The translations under genes and the position numbers were made by a program. Positions 21,871-33,100 of a stretch of 54,776 nt of DNA are shown one piece after another. Location: contig CAKKRO010000170.1 of assembly GCA_919902625.1 (NCBI GenBank), positions 1-54,776 of the forward strand, written 5' to 3'. The notes below the pieces were generated by a model that was not told the DNA's origin, searched no databases, and saw only the letters and a list, made by a program, of their open reading frames with translations. Source of the stretch: Nitrosomonadaceae bacterium (GTDB taxonomy: Bacteria; Pseudomonadota; Gammaproteobacteria; Burkholderiales; Nitrosomonadaceae). Numbering within the stretch: position 1 is the stretch's first letter; each line of letters starts with the position of its first letter.

Positions 21871-21938
21871 CTGTTTGTTCAGAAAACTGGCGTAGACTTA
21901 TTGACACAGTAAGATCATAAAGATATATAGCAGTCTAT

Positions 21939-21967
21939 ACCCCTTGTCACCACGACAAGGGGTTTTT
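21939..21967 (+). terminator. Rho-independent terminator of csp
   Basis: ACCCCTTGTC-ACCAC-GACAAGGGGT followed by a T run. Confidence 0.8.
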
Positions 21968-21977
21968 GTGTTTCTTA

Positions 21978-23228
21978 TCAATTCAAGCGCTCAATCATTG
22001 CATTGCCAAACATAGAGCAAGAAACTTGCTTGGCATCAGTCATTTGTCGTGCAAAATCATAAGTGACTATCTTGTCTTGGATAGTTACCTCCATTGCCCT
22101 GATAATCATGTCGGCCGCCTCCACCCAGCCCAAATGCCGCAACATCATCTCTGCCGACAAAATAATTGAACCTGGATTTACCTGATCTTTTCCGGCGTAT
22201 TTAGGTGCTGTACCATGGGTTGCTTCAAAGATTGCAACAGAATCACTCAGATTAGCTCCTGGTGCAATCCCTATCCCACCAACTTGTGCCGCCAGCGCAT
22301 CAGAAATGTAATCGCCATTCAAGTTCAAAGTCGCCACTACATCATATTCTTCCGGGCGTAGTAAAATTTGCTGTAAGAAAGCATCAGCAATTACATCTTT
22401 AATAATAACCCCGCCATTTTCTACCGGCAATTTCATCCAGGGGCCTCCATCCAGCAGCTCCGCCCCGAATTCCCCAGCAGCTAAAGCATAACCCCATTTC
22501 TTGAATGCCCCTTCAGTAAACTTCATGATATTACCTTTATGCACCAAAGTAACCGATTGACGCTGATTATCTATTGCATATTGAATTGCCTTCCGAACTA
22601 AACGCTCCGTACCCTCTTTTGAAACCGGTTTGATACCAATACCAGCAGTTTGAGGAAAGCGTATACTGGTTACTCCCATATCTTTAATCAGAAAATCAAT
22701 TACTTTCCTGGCAGATTCTGACTCCGCTTCCCACTCTATACCTGCATAGATATCCTCAGAATTTTCCCGGAAAATCACCATATCCGTTTTCTCTGGACTC
22801 TTTACCGGACTTGGCACACCGCTAAAATAACGCACGGGACGCAAACAAATATATAAATCCAGTTGCTGACGTAGCGCTACGTTAATCGAACGAATACCAC
22901 CACCAACCGGTGTTGTTAAAGGACCTTTAATTGAAACCACAAACTCTTTGGCTGCTTGCAAAGTCTCTTCCGGCAGCCATACATCAGGCCCGTAAATCTG
23001 TGTTGCTTTCTCACCTGCATAGATCTCCATCCATGAAATCCTGCGCCGCCCTCCATAAGCCTTCTCAACCGCCGAATCGACAACTCTCTGCATTACCGGA
23101 GTAATGTCAATACCAATACCATCCCCTTCAATAAAAGGAATAATGGGGTTATCGGGCACCTTTAATGAACGATCATCCTTGACCTGAATTTTCTTACCAT
23201 CAGGGGGTATTCTTATATGCTGATACAT
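21978..23228 (-). CDS. icd: Isocitrate dehydrogenase (E. coli-type dimeric, probably NADP-dependent)
   Basis: [36 protein letters not shown] and [12 protein letters not shown]. Confidence 0.97.
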   Translation of the reverse strand: MYQHIRIPPDGKKIQVKDDRSLKVPDNPIIPFIEGDGIGIDITPVMQRVVDSAVEKAYGGRRRISWMEIYAGEKATQIYGPDVWLPEETLQAAKEFVVSIKGPLTTPVGGGIRSINVALRQQLDLYICLRPVRYFSGVPSPVKSPEKTDMVIFRENSEDIYAGIEWEAESESARKVIDFLIKDMGVTSIRFPQTAGIGIKPVSKEGTERLVRKAIQYAIDNQRQSVTLVHKGNIMKFTEGAFKKWGYALAAGEFGAELLDGGPWMKLPVENGGVIIKDVIADAFLQQILLRPEEYDVVATLNLNGDYISDALAAQVGGIGIAPGANLSDSVAIFEATHGTAPKYAGKDQVNPGSIILSAEMMLRHLGWVEAADMIIRAMEVTIQDKIVTYDFARQMTDAKQVSCSMFGNAMIERLN

Positions 23229-23759
23229 GGCAGCTCCAACTGTTGGAATATCAAATGCAATTTATAAAACATAACTGGTTTATTTCAACTCCTACTGACT
23301 GATACAGACTGATTAATATTAATTCAAACTTCCATACTGCAGTATGAGCCAGTAAAACCGAGTAATTATCCTCTAATTCGAGAAAAACAGAGAACGGCAG
23401 AACCCGCTAAACCTCCGTGAAAGCTATATCACATTGAGAAATTACGACGCATAGTCTCTCTAGCCAGAACATCCTGCACAAGCATTATTATGAAAAAGCG
23501 GTATCTTCCCTCGCTCATTACAAGATGAATCATCTCAACCTGAAATAAACTTCAGATATTTCTAATTATATTATTATACGTACAAATAGGATGTCTTTCC
23601 ATGATGACCGGTAAGCTCGCCAATTACTGTTTGCCTGTTCAATCAAATATTAAAAACACGAACATGATTATTTAACCAGGAAATTCTTGAGCTGCATAAC
23701 GTAAACTGTAATATTGCATTTCATTTAATTGCCAGAATCACTTATATAGTAGCCGCATT

Positions 23760-24809
23760 ATGACAATGAATTTAAGTCTTCTCATTCCCGATCTATTTTG
23801 GCCTGATATATCACAATCAGAAATTTATAATAATCTATCGATGCCATCTTTAGAAATACTGTTATCAAAAAGTATTTCTACCCGGAATCAGTCACAAGAC
23901 ATGGAATCATGGCTATGCAACGCATTTAATGTAGCAAAACAACAAAATAACTGGCCTATCGCACCCATAATGTTACATGCCGACGGATCCGGCCTGATGA
24001 GAGCCGGTAAAGATTTCTGGATGCGTGCCGATCCCGTGCATCTGCGCATTGAACAAAACCATATCATGTTAGCTGACAGTCAAGCTTTTCCGATTTCCAG
24101 AGAAGAAGCCGAACTCATCGTGCAAGATCTGAATCTTAATTTAAGCGATTACAATTTATCTTTCTTGCCATTATGCTCTGATCGCTGGTATATCCAAATG
24201 CCCAGAGCGCCGGAAATACAGACACACACACTCAGTCAGGTTACGTGCATGAACATTAATCATTTCTTGCCAACCGGCAATGAAAGCGTTATTTGGCATA
24301 AAATTTTTAATGAAATTCAGATGTTACTTCATGAACACCCAGTTAACCAAGCGCGTGAATCTCGTGGAGAATTGGCTATCAATAGTGTTTGGTTCTGGGG
24401 GGGCGGGAATATGCCCCAATTTATACAATCCCCGTATACCCATGTATGGAGCAATGATGACCTGTCTCGCTCACTGACATTAGCCAACAACACAAATCAT
24501 TCAAAGCTCCCTCTCAACGCTAATGAATGGCTACAAACTGAATTATCTGGAAATCATCTTGTGGTATTGGATGCATTACCTGGGAAAGCCAAATATAGAA
24601 ATGCCTATGGCTGGCGTGAAACACTGAAGGACATGGAACACAGTTGGTTCTCTCCGCTCCATGCGGCACTTAAAAAAGGGGAAATCAATCAACTGACCCT
24701 TACAATTCTCAATGAAACTTCATCTCAGGATTTTGTGATCACGCGCTCTAACTTATGGAAATTCTGGCTAGTCACGAAATCGCTTTCTTCTTATGCAATA
24801 AAACACTAG
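23760..24809 (+). CDS. Conserved protein, RpfE-type/phosphoglycerate-mutase-like family
   Basis: WMRADPVHL and NEIQMLLHEHPVNQARESRGELAINSVWFWGGG, recognised from memory of this family. Confidence 0.7.
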   Translation: MTMNLSLLIPDLFWPDISQSEIYNNLSMPSLEILLSKSISTRNQSQDMESWLCNAFNVAKQQNNWPIAPIMLHADGSGLMRAGKDFWMRADPVHLRIEQNHIMLADSQAFPISREEAELIVQDLNLNLSDYNLSFLPLCSDRWYIQMPRAPEIQTHTLSQVTCMNINHFLPTGNESVIWHKIFNEIQMLLHEHPVNQARESRGELAINSVWFWGGGNMPQFIQSPYTHVWSNDDLSRSLTLANNTNHSKLPLNANEWLQTELSGNHLVVLDALPGKAKYRNAYGWRETLKDMEHSWFSPLHAALKKGEINQLTLTILNETSSQDFVITRSNLWKFWLVTKSLSSYAIKH

Positions 24810-24894
24810 CCGAATGAACAAACATCACAATGTTATTTTATGTACGACAATGACGCACATTAAGAATCTCAGATATCAGGAATAAGGAATCATC

Positions 24895-26385
24895 GTGCAA
24901 AAAACATCTCTGTTCAATATTGTCAAACCTTATCTGGCAGCTTGTATTGCTCTAATACTTGCACTTACTCTCATAGCTGACAGATATTTTGTCAGTGGAA
25001 TCGCATTACACTGGTTAGCCGTATTAGAGCTTTCCTTAATCTCTGCACTGCTACTCACCATTATCCAAATAGCGCGTACAGAAAAAAATATCAAAAGCTA
25101 CTCGGATCAATTATCAGTTAGCAAGGAAAGGCTTGCAAATGAGATTAAACATCGGTTATGGGCTGAGAAAACAACCTCTGAAAGCAAAGTAAAATCACAG
25201 TTTATCGATGAAAATATTCCCGTCATGCTGGCCTATTTTAATATTGATCTACGTTGCCGTTACCATAATCGAATATTTCGTCGATGGTTTGGATTAAAGC
25301 CAGACCAGATAGATGGGCAATTTCTAAAAGAATTCTCAAGCGAAGAATTTTCTTCTGGTATTGAAGATTGTGTCGAAGATGTCCTGGCTGGAAAAACAGT
25401 ACATAACGAACGCATTCTTAAATCGACCAAAGGCTTCCCCTATATTTTCACGGAGCAATATATTCCACATCTCGACAACAAGGGGAAAACTATCGGCTTC
25501 TATACGCTACACACTCCTCGCGCACAAGAAAAGAACCGTCTCTCATCAAAAAATAAAGCGGCGAACCCGGTTAAACCAGAGCCTCAGAAACAAAACGAAA
25601 CATCTGCTACAAACCTCCGGGGTGTCCAGGCATCGAAAGCAGGAGTTACAGCCGCACGTATTGTGCAAGCAATTGAAGGGGGGGAATTTAATCTTTACTG
25701 CCAGAAAATAAGCCCTATTAAATCTACCGCCATCTCATCCTCGTATTATGAGATTCTGATTCGCATGAATGAAGAAGAAAACAACCTGATGCCCCCAGGT
25801 TCATTCTTACCCTTCGTCGATCAATTCAAAATGATGCCGCAACTGGATCGATGGGTAGTCAATCATATCGCACAATGGCTATCAGTTCGCCCAAGAGCTG
25901 ATTCGATATTTTGTCTTAATGTAGCCAGAGACACTTTAAGTGATCATACCTTCCCTGGTTTTATTCAAGATCAATTACAGAAATTGAATGTAGCTGCTTC
26001 AAATCTTTGCTTTGAGGTCGAAGCTTCGGATGCGGAAACCAATCCGGCAGACACTCTTATTTTCACGCAAAAGATTCGTGAACTAGGCTGCCTGGTCTCA
26101 TTATGCAGCTTTAGTCATAGCCCTGGCTCATTAGACCTGCTCGATAAAATGAGAATGGATTACTTGAAGATTGATGGAAGTCTGATTTGCAATATTCTTC
26201 GTGATGAAGATGACCTGGAAAAAGTAACAACCCTCAATCAACTGGCCCACAAAGCTAAGATTAAAACAATCGCTGAATTAGTTGAAACTGACGATATCAT
26301 CGCAAAATTACATGAGATCGGCGTCGATTATGCCCAAGGTTTTGGTATTGCAAAACCTCATCCGCTTAAAGAGCTCGAGTTATAA
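24895..26385 (+). CDS. Membrane-anchored PAS-EAL domain protein (degenerate EAL)
   Basis: Two N-terminal TM segments, PAS (NIPVMLAYFNIDLRCRYHN), and EAL domain (YEILIR, LKIDGS, AELVE, AQGF) in which DDFGTG is replaced by CSFSHS. Confidence 0.85.
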   Translation: MQKTSLFNIVKPYLAACIALILALTLIADRYFVSGIALHWLAVLELSLISALLLTIIQIARTEKNIKSYSDQLSVSKERLANEIKHRLWAEKTTSESKVKSQFIDENIPVMLAYFNIDLRCRYHNRIFRRWFGLKPDQIDGQFLKEFSSEEFSSGIEDCVEDVLAGKTVHNERILKSTKGFPYIFTEQYIPHLDNKGKTIGFYTLHTPRAQEKNRLSSKNKAANPVKPEPQKQNETSATNLRGVQASKAGVTAARIVQAIEGGEFNLYCQKISPIKSTAISSSYYEILIRMNEEENNLMPPGSFLPFVDQFKMMPQLDRWVVNHIAQWLSVRPRADSIFCLNVARDTLSDHTFPGFIQDQLQKLNVAASNLCFEVEASDAETNPADTLIFTQKIRELGCLVSLCSFSHSPGSLDLLDKMRMDYLKIDGSLICNILRDEDDLEKVTTLNQLAHKAKIKTIAELVETDDIIAKLHEIGVDYAQGFGIAKPHPLKELEL

Positions 26386-26407
26386 ATCACATCAATCCAT
26401 ACTCAAT

Positions 26408-26447
26408 AAAAAAAGAAGCAATCTCTTTAAATAATTGCTTCTTTTTT
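26408..26447. terminator. Bidirectional Rho-independent terminator between the convergent EAL gene and pntB
   Basis: AAAAAAAGAAGCAAT-N11-ATTGCTTCTTTTTT. Confidence 0.7.
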
Positions 26448-26481
26448 CAGAACCTGCCTGCAAATCTAACCGATCATCGTG

Positions 26482-27861
26482 TCATAGCGCTTTGACCATA
26501 TGTTCAACGACCTTCTTGGCATCTCCAAATATCATCATGGTCTTATCCATATAGAACAAATCATTATCCAGACCAGCGTAGCCAACGGCCATACTGCGTT
26601 TAACCACCATCACCGTACGCGCCTTATGCGCATCCAGTATAGGCATGCCATAGATTGGACTACCGGGAACATTGGCTGCCGGATTCACCACATCATTTGC
26701 ACCCAATACCAACACCACATCAGTATTCGAAAAGTCACTGTTGATCTCTTCCATTTCCAGAACTTGTTCATAAGGAATCTCGGCTTCTGCCAACAACACA
26801 TTCATGTGCCCTGGCATACGCCCGGCTACCGGATGAATCGCAAAACGCACATTAACCCCTTTTTCATGCAATAACTCAGCCAATTCTTTGACAGCATGTT
26901 GCGCCCTGGCTACCGCCAGACCATATCCTGGAACAATAATGACACTATCGGCATTACCCATCAAGAAAGCAGCATCTTCGGCACTCCCGCTACGGTATGT
27001 CTTCTGCACACCATCATCTACAACCGCCGTACCACCATCACTGCCAAAGCCGCCCAGTATGACGGATAGAAAGGGCCGATTCATGGCTTTACACATAATA
27101 TAGGAAAGAATTGCACCCGAACTGCCCACCAATGATCCCGCGATAATCAGCATCGGATTACCCAATGAGAAACCAATACCAGCCGCAGCCCAGCCAGAAT
27201 ATGAGTTAAGCATGGATATCACTACCGGCATATCGGCACCGCCAATAGGAATAATAATCAGGAATCCCAGGATGAAAGCGATGGCAGTCATTGCAATAAA
27301 TGCAGTCCAGTTTGTTGTTTCACTGAAGAAAAACCACAAACCAAATCCAACCATGAAGACTGCCAACAACAGATTAATCATATGCTGACCACTAAAAACT
27401 ATCGGCGTACCGCTCATACGTCCGGATAATTTCAAAAACGCAATGACTGAACCCGACCATGTCATGGCACCGATAAAGGTACCCAGGAATAACTCCAGCT
27501 TACTGCCTGCCGGTAGAATCTCCGGCAGACCGAATGAAACCGGATTATTAACCGCTGCAATCGCAATAAATACGGCGGCCAAACCCACCAGTGAATGCAT
27601 GAACGCCACCAGCTCCGGCATTGCTGTCATTTGCACACGTTGCGCAACCAGTGCGCCTATAACGCCACCCACCGCGATACAACCCAGAATCAACGGCCAG
27701 TTCACGGTAAGTGTCAGGGTTGTGGCGACAGCAATCGCCATACCCACCATCCCGAACAAATTTCCACGGCGCGCAGATTCGGGAGAGCTTAGGCCCTTTA
27801 GTGCCAGTATAAAAAATACTGAAGCCACTAAATATGCAAGTGCTACCATATTTGCTGACAT
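26482..27861 (-). CDS. pntB: NAD(P) transhydrogenase subunit beta
   Basis: MTAMPELVA, IGGADMPVVISMLNSYSG, VPGYG and HPVAGRMPGHMNVLLAEA. Confidence 0.98.
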   Translation of the reverse strand: MSANMVALAYLVASVFFILALKGLSSPESARRGNLFGMVGMAIAVATTLTLTVNWPLILGCIAVGGVIGALVAQRVQMTAMPELVAFMHSLVGLAAVFIAIAAVNNPVSFGLPEILPAGSKLELFLGTFIGAMTWSGSVIAFLKLSGRMSGTPIVFSGQHMINLLLAVFMVGFGLWFFFSETTNWTAFIAMTAIAFILGFLIIIPIGGADMPVVISMLNSYSGWAAAGIGFSLGNPMLIIAGSLVGSSGAILSYIMCKAMNRPFLSVILGGFGSDGGTAVVDDGVQKTYRSGSAEDAAFLMGNADSVIIVPGYGLAVARAQHAVKELAELLHEKGVNVRFAIHPVAGRMPGHMNVLLAEAEIPYEQVLEMEEINSDFSNTDVVLVLGANDVVNPAANVPGSPIYGMPILDAHKARTVMVVKRSMAVGYAGLDNDLFYMDKTMMIFGDAKKVVEHMVKAL

Positions 27862-28170
27862 TTACGCATTTCCTTTTTTTTCTTTTTTCTTGAACATTTC
27901 CAGCATACGCTGACTCACCAGAAATCCACCAAAAACATTAATCGCGGCCAGTGTGACTGCAACAGCACCTAACCAGACTCCCCAGTCCGTTTCAGCCGGA
28001 CCGGCCGCTAACATCGCACCTACAAGAATAATGCCGGAAATTGCATTAGTCACTGACATCAAAGGTGTGTGCAAAGCGGGCGTAACATTCCATACGACAT
28101 GATAGCCAACAAAAATTGCCAGCACAAAAACTGTTAGATTGATAATAACTGGATCAATTTCACCAATCAT
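27862..28170 (-). CDS. pntAB: NAD(P) transhydrogenase subunit alpha, part 2 (membrane)
   Basis: [18 protein letters not shown]...NVFGGF..QRMLEMF. Confidence 0.95.
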   Translation of the reverse strand: MIGEIDPVIINLTVFVLAIFVGYHVVWNVTPALHTPLMSVTNAISGIILVGAMLAAGPAETDWGVWLGAVAVTLAAINVFGGFLVSQRMLEMFKKKEKKGNA

Positions 28171-28253
28171 GATTACTCCTTTAAAATTCGTTAGCTGTCC
28201 GTTCTAAACGTAACAATTGAATAGCACGATATTTTGCTTAAACTTGCCGTCAA

Positions 28254-29375
28254 TTATGATTGACTGACAATTTCCCCGCCCGTGCAAACCAATGTTCCGG
28301 CAACAATCTCATCTCCATGGTCTACTTTCAATTCACCACTTTCTGGATCAAGCATCAAGTTGAGAAAATTCATCAAATTTCGCGCATACAGCGTACTGGA
28401 ATCTGCTGCCACCAGCCCTGGAATATTTGCAATACCAACCAGATGCACGCCATGTTTAACCACAGTTTTGTTCAACTCTGATAAAGGACAGTTACCACCC
28501 GCTTCAACCGCCATGTCTACAATCACCGAGCCCGGTTTCATCGCCTGTACGGTTTCCTCTTTGATCAAAACAGGCGCCGGACGCCCAGGAATTAAAGCGG
28601 TAGTAATAATGATATCTGCTGCGATTGCACGCTCATGCACCAGTTCGCCCTGACGACGCTTGTAATCATCCGACATTTCAGTCGCGTACCCACCCGCTGT
28701 TTCAGCTTTTGCCTTTTCTTCATCACTGAGAGGCACTTCCACAAATTTAGCCCCCAGACTTTCTACCTGTTCTTTTGCCGCTGGCCGCACATCAAACGCT
28801 TCGACTACAGCGCCCAGTCTTTTCGCTGTCGCAATCGCTTGCAATCCAGCAACACCTGCGCCCAGGACCAGAACTCGCGCTGCTTTCACAGTGCCTGCTG
28901 CCGTCATCAGCATGGGGAAGAATCTTTGATAAACGTTTGCGGCCATAATCACAGCTTTATAGCCCGCAATATTCGCTTGTGATGACAGAACATCCATATT
29001 CTGCGCTCGAGAAATACGCGGCAGCTTCTCCATTGCAAATGCAGTTAGCCCATGCTGAGCTAATGTTGCTATGCCATCTTTCTGATGGGGTGACAGCAGG
29101 CCCAGCAACACCGCATCCTTACGCATCATCGCTAATTCACTGGATTCTGGACCTCGCACCTTGAGCACAATTTCTGATTGCGCATACAACTCAGCCACAT
29201 CAGTGACTATCATCGCACCTGCCTCTTGATATGCTGAATCCGGTATACTGGCGCCTGCACCCGCTCCTGACTGTACTGATACTTGATGCTTAACAGCAAA
29301 TTTCTTCACAGTCTCCGGTGTAGCAGCTACGCGCGTTTCTCCCCCGCGAATCTCTGCGGGTATGCCTATATGCAT
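28254..29375 (-). CDS. pntAA: NAD(P) transhydrogenase subunit alpha, part 1 (NAD-binding)
   Basis: ETRVAATP, RISRAQNMDVLSS, GAGVAGLQA and TALIPGRPAP. Start moved to ATG 29375, downstream of a GGAG RBS. Confidence 0.97.
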   Translation of the reverse strand: MHIGIPAEIRGGETRVAATPETVKKFAVKHQVSVQSGAGAGASIPDSAYQEAGAMIVTDVAELYAQSEIVLKVRGPESSELAMMRKDAVLLGLLSPHQKDGIATLAQHGLTAFAMEKLPRISRAQNMDVLSSQANIAGYKAVIMAANVYQRFFPMLMTAAGTVKAARVLVLGAGVAGLQAIATAKRLGAVVEAFDVRPAAKEQVESLGAKFVEVPLSDEEKAKAETAGGYATEMSDDYKRRQGELVHERAIAADIIITTALIPGRPAPVLIKEETVQAMKPGSVIVDMAVEAGGNCPLSELNKTVVKHGVHLVGIANIPGLVAADSSTLYARNLMNFLNLMLDPESGELKVDHGDEIVAGTLVCTGGEIVSQS

Positions 29376-29572
29376 TGATGATCTCCCTTTTCTTGCCAAC
29401 CTGCTTGCAAATAAAAATAAAAGTTGTACTACACTTCATTCTTTTAATGAACTGTGAATTATAAATCAATTTGCACGCAATGCATTATCTGGTTCAGGAA
29501 AAACTTGATCCGGCTTGATTTTCTGACTGCGTGAGCAATCAATTAAGCTGGTAATGTCCATTCTGACTATAA

Positions 29573-29680
29573 CCAGGAGCCTGCCGGATTAAGGCTGATC
29601 GACTGTGCAAATGGGAGAAGCGGGTCCATATTACCTTGATTTTTCATTGCATAATACGTATTGATTTCAACCCGACAGGC
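29573..29680 (-). mobile_element. Partial, inverted copy of MITE family B
   Basis: CCAGGAGCCTGCCGGATTAAG...ATGGGAG...CATATT...TTTTTCATTGCATA matches the reverse complement of the right half of 33768-33935. It ends in a possible degenerate TIR, CCGACAGGC. Confidence 0.7.
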
Positions 29681-29747
29681 AAATCCCCTGATTCGGGCAT
29701 ATGATTATTGCCCTACTTTCCGGTTAGTCATAATTCAGTACGCTCAT

Positions 29748-30143
29748 TCAATGATCTTGACTATCCATTTGCACAAACTCTTTCTCTAACTGCCGCGCGA
29801 TCTGTTCCAATACCGCCGGAATCACTACCAGCAATGATTCTGCATCAGACCAGTTATTGTTGATACCGGCTCTCTCAAGATCTTCACATAAATCAGCAAA
29901 ACCCAAGGCACCAATTGTTCTGGCAGAAGATTTTAATTTATGGCCTAAACGACCCAGCTCTGGCAGAGCTTTATCAGCTTGCGCAGCTCTCATTTCTGCC
30001 ACTGTATCAGTGGCAACTTCAATAAATTTAAGTCCGAATTTACGCACCAAGGCCGTATTGTTAGGAAACATTTGCTGCAGAATTGCGATATCAACCGGCA
30101 ACGGCTCATCCGGTAACGATCCTTTTCCTACATCCCTAATCAC
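29748..30143 (-). CDS. Stand-alone Hpt (histidine phosphotransfer) domain protein
   Basis: LGHKLKSSARTIGA..FADLCEDLE is the Hpt signature. Confidence 0.88.
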   Translation of the reverse strand: MIRDVGKGSLPDEPLPVDIAILQQMFPNNTALVRKFGLKFIEVATDTVAEMRAAQADKALPELGRLGHKLKSSARTIGALGFADLCEDLERAGINNNWSDAESLLVVIPAVLEQIARQLEKEFVQMDSQDH

Positions 30144-30149
30144 TTTTGT

Positions 30150-33100
30150 TCATACTCCGGTTTTTAAACAACGATCAATCCAACGGCTTGTCAATTTTTC
30201 TTGCACAGTATTCTGGCGCAAACGGGTTGCCAAGCCGGCAAAATCAACCTGATCCAGCGGCTGATCCTGATTAAAACAGGAAAATACATAAGTGACTTTT
30301 CCGGTTTCCGGGTCCTGGTGCGGTTGCAGGCACTGCGCGCAGATTTCCTTCATCATGCATTGCATCGGAGAGTTAATCGAACCAATGGCAAAATGATCTG
30401 CTTTTAAATAAGATTTCAGTTGGTTATGGCGAGCCACACCCACAGCGGCCATCATACGGTCTGAACCAATCGCAATAATATGATCCGCATCCGCCAATGC
30501 AACGGGCTGAGCGCCGAGTTCACCGCTGGCATAAGCCACCATGGCTTGCACGATATTCCCCACATAGCTTTTATCCTGCGGGCGCGTGGCTGCAAAGCCC
30601 GGCGATTCATCACAACACCACACCACGATATCTGCGGCTGCCTCAATTTCTGCCACTTTGTAGCGGTCCACCAATTTTTTATAGCCTGCAAAATACAAGA
30701 CTCTGGATCCGGCTGCACGCGCCGCCGCACCGATAGAAAACAGCACCGCGTTGCCCAAACCTCCGCCCGCCAGCACCACTGTTTCACCGGAGGGAATCTC
30801 TGTCGGCGCTCCAGTGGGACCCATCAGCACAACCGGTTCACCCGGTTTCAGCATCGCGCACAGATTAGAAGATCCGCCCATTTCCAGAACAATGAGTGAA
30901 ACCAATCCACGCGCGATATCCACTGATGCGCCGGTTAACGCGAGCCCTTCCATGGCTAACCGGGTATCCCCGGCAGTTGTGGCCAGGGTTGCATAATTCT
31001 GGAAACGGTAAAACTGGCCCGGTTGAAAATGTTCTGCGGCCATCGGAGCATGTACAACCACTTCGATAATATTAGGGGCCAGTCTTTCCACTTTATAGAC
31101 GGTTGGACGCAGTTGATTGTTCAGGCCTGCAAAAAACTGCTGCGCCGGCTGATCCGATTTTGGCTTAACACGTTCCAGAACCCGGTTCACCACGGGATAG
31201 CCCTGCTTGGCACTGGACATCGCTTTTACCACGTTACCTGAATAAGATGGATGCAGGTCGCCAAAGAAGCTGATGAAACGGCCATCCTGACTATCCTTGT
31301 AACGGCTGAGCAGCACCATCGCCGTGTCCGGTTTTGGATTGGCATATGGGGGTTGCACCGGATTGCCTTCTTCGTCGCAAGCCGTAAAATAACGGCCATT
31401 GAGTTTAAACAGTTTCTCGTCCTCTCGCGCCAGCACTGTATTGGGCTGAGTGCCTGCAGCAACCAGCAAAGCGCGCGCGGATAATTCAACTTCACCGGCA
31501 TCCTGCCATTGCCCGGTTTCATCCTGTTTTTGTACCGCAAATTTTACCGATCGGATATGCTCCCATGGATCAACATTGACGCGCACAGGCGTCAAGCCTT
31601 CGGCAAACCAGATGCCTTCTTCCAACGCCTTTTCAACTTCTTCATGATTCAGCGTATAAGAGGGGCTGTCTGCCAGACGCTTACGATAAGCGATGGTTGC
31701 CCCACCCCAGGATTGCAATAACCCAATGATGCGCGGAGCACGTTCTTCCCGCTCAGCAGCCTGACGTTCTGCGCGGATTGCGCGCGCATGACCAAGAAAC
31801 TCATCGGCGATCTCTTTTTCTTCCTCATCCCATACTTCACGGACGGCAGCCTCCCCTTGCACAGCGGTGAGAATTTCATACCGCTTTAAAAACTTTTCAA
31901 CCTGTACCGGGTAATAGGCCAATGCTTCGGTCGCCGTATCAATGGCTGTCAATCCGCCGCCAATCACGACCACGGGTAGACGCAACTGCATATTCGCAAT
32001 GGAATCACTCTGCGCCGCGCCGGTTAATTGCAATGCCATCAGGAAATCAGAGGCCGCACGCACCCCGCGTGCCAATCCATTCGGTAAATTCAGCACGGTA
32101 GGGCGTCCGGCGCCTGCTGCCAGAGCTACATGATCAAACCCTATGGCAAATGCATCATCGGTCGTCAATGTGCCGCCAAAACGCACGCCCCCAAACAAAG
32201 CAAACTCTTCTCTGCGCTCCAATAACAGGCGAATCAGTTTCAGGAAGTTTTTATTCCAGCGTACAGTGATGCCATATTCCGCTACGCCCCCGAAACCGGC
32301 CGGCATACGCTGATTCAGATTTTCTTCCAACTCACTGGCAAGTCGAATCGCTTTAAAGGGCACCCGCTCACCCTGCTGATTCACGCCCGAAATCTCTTCC
32401 GGCAGAGGTTCGATCTTAAGTCCATCAATGCCCACTACTGTGTGGCCTTCATTCATCAAATGATGCGCCAGTGTATAGCCAGCCGGTCCCATACCCACCA
32501 CCAACACCTTACGCCCGGATGCTGGTTTCGGGACAGGCCGGCGCAGATTCAATGGATTCCAACGCGTCAGTAGGCTATAAATCTCAAATCCCCAAGGGAG
32601 CGCCAATACATCTTTCAGAGTCCGTGTCTCGGCTTGAGGGATATCCACAGGCTCCTGTTTCTGATAAATGCAGGATTTCATGCAGTCATTACAAATCCGG
32701 TGCCCGGTGCCCGCACACATCGGATTATCCAGCGCGATCATCGCCAGACTGCCCACTGCGACACCTTGCGTTTTGAGTTTATGAAATTCGGAAATACGTT
32801 CTTCCAGTGGGCAGCCTGTCAACAGAGCACCCAATTCACTTTTCTTGAATGTGAGTGGCTCATCCGGTAACTTGGATTTCTGTATCATGCCTTTTGAGCA
32901 TGAGTCCTTGCCCTGCTCATGACACCAGATACAATAGTTGGCTTCGTCCAATGCGCCCATCAGGTCGGTTCCCGCATCGGTCAGCTCAAAACCATTACGC
33001 TCCCGCAAATGCCCAAGCCGATGCACGGGGTATCCTGCGGAATCATCGGTATCGAGTGTCAATAAATGCTGGAAATCCAGTTTGGCGGGCGACTTGAATA

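Noticed and set aside
23390-23470. c-di-GMP-I riboswitch-like fragment
   Set aside because: Only a TAGCGGGTT-like 3' piece is present. The GGCAAACC/GAAA/GACGCAAAG elements are missing.
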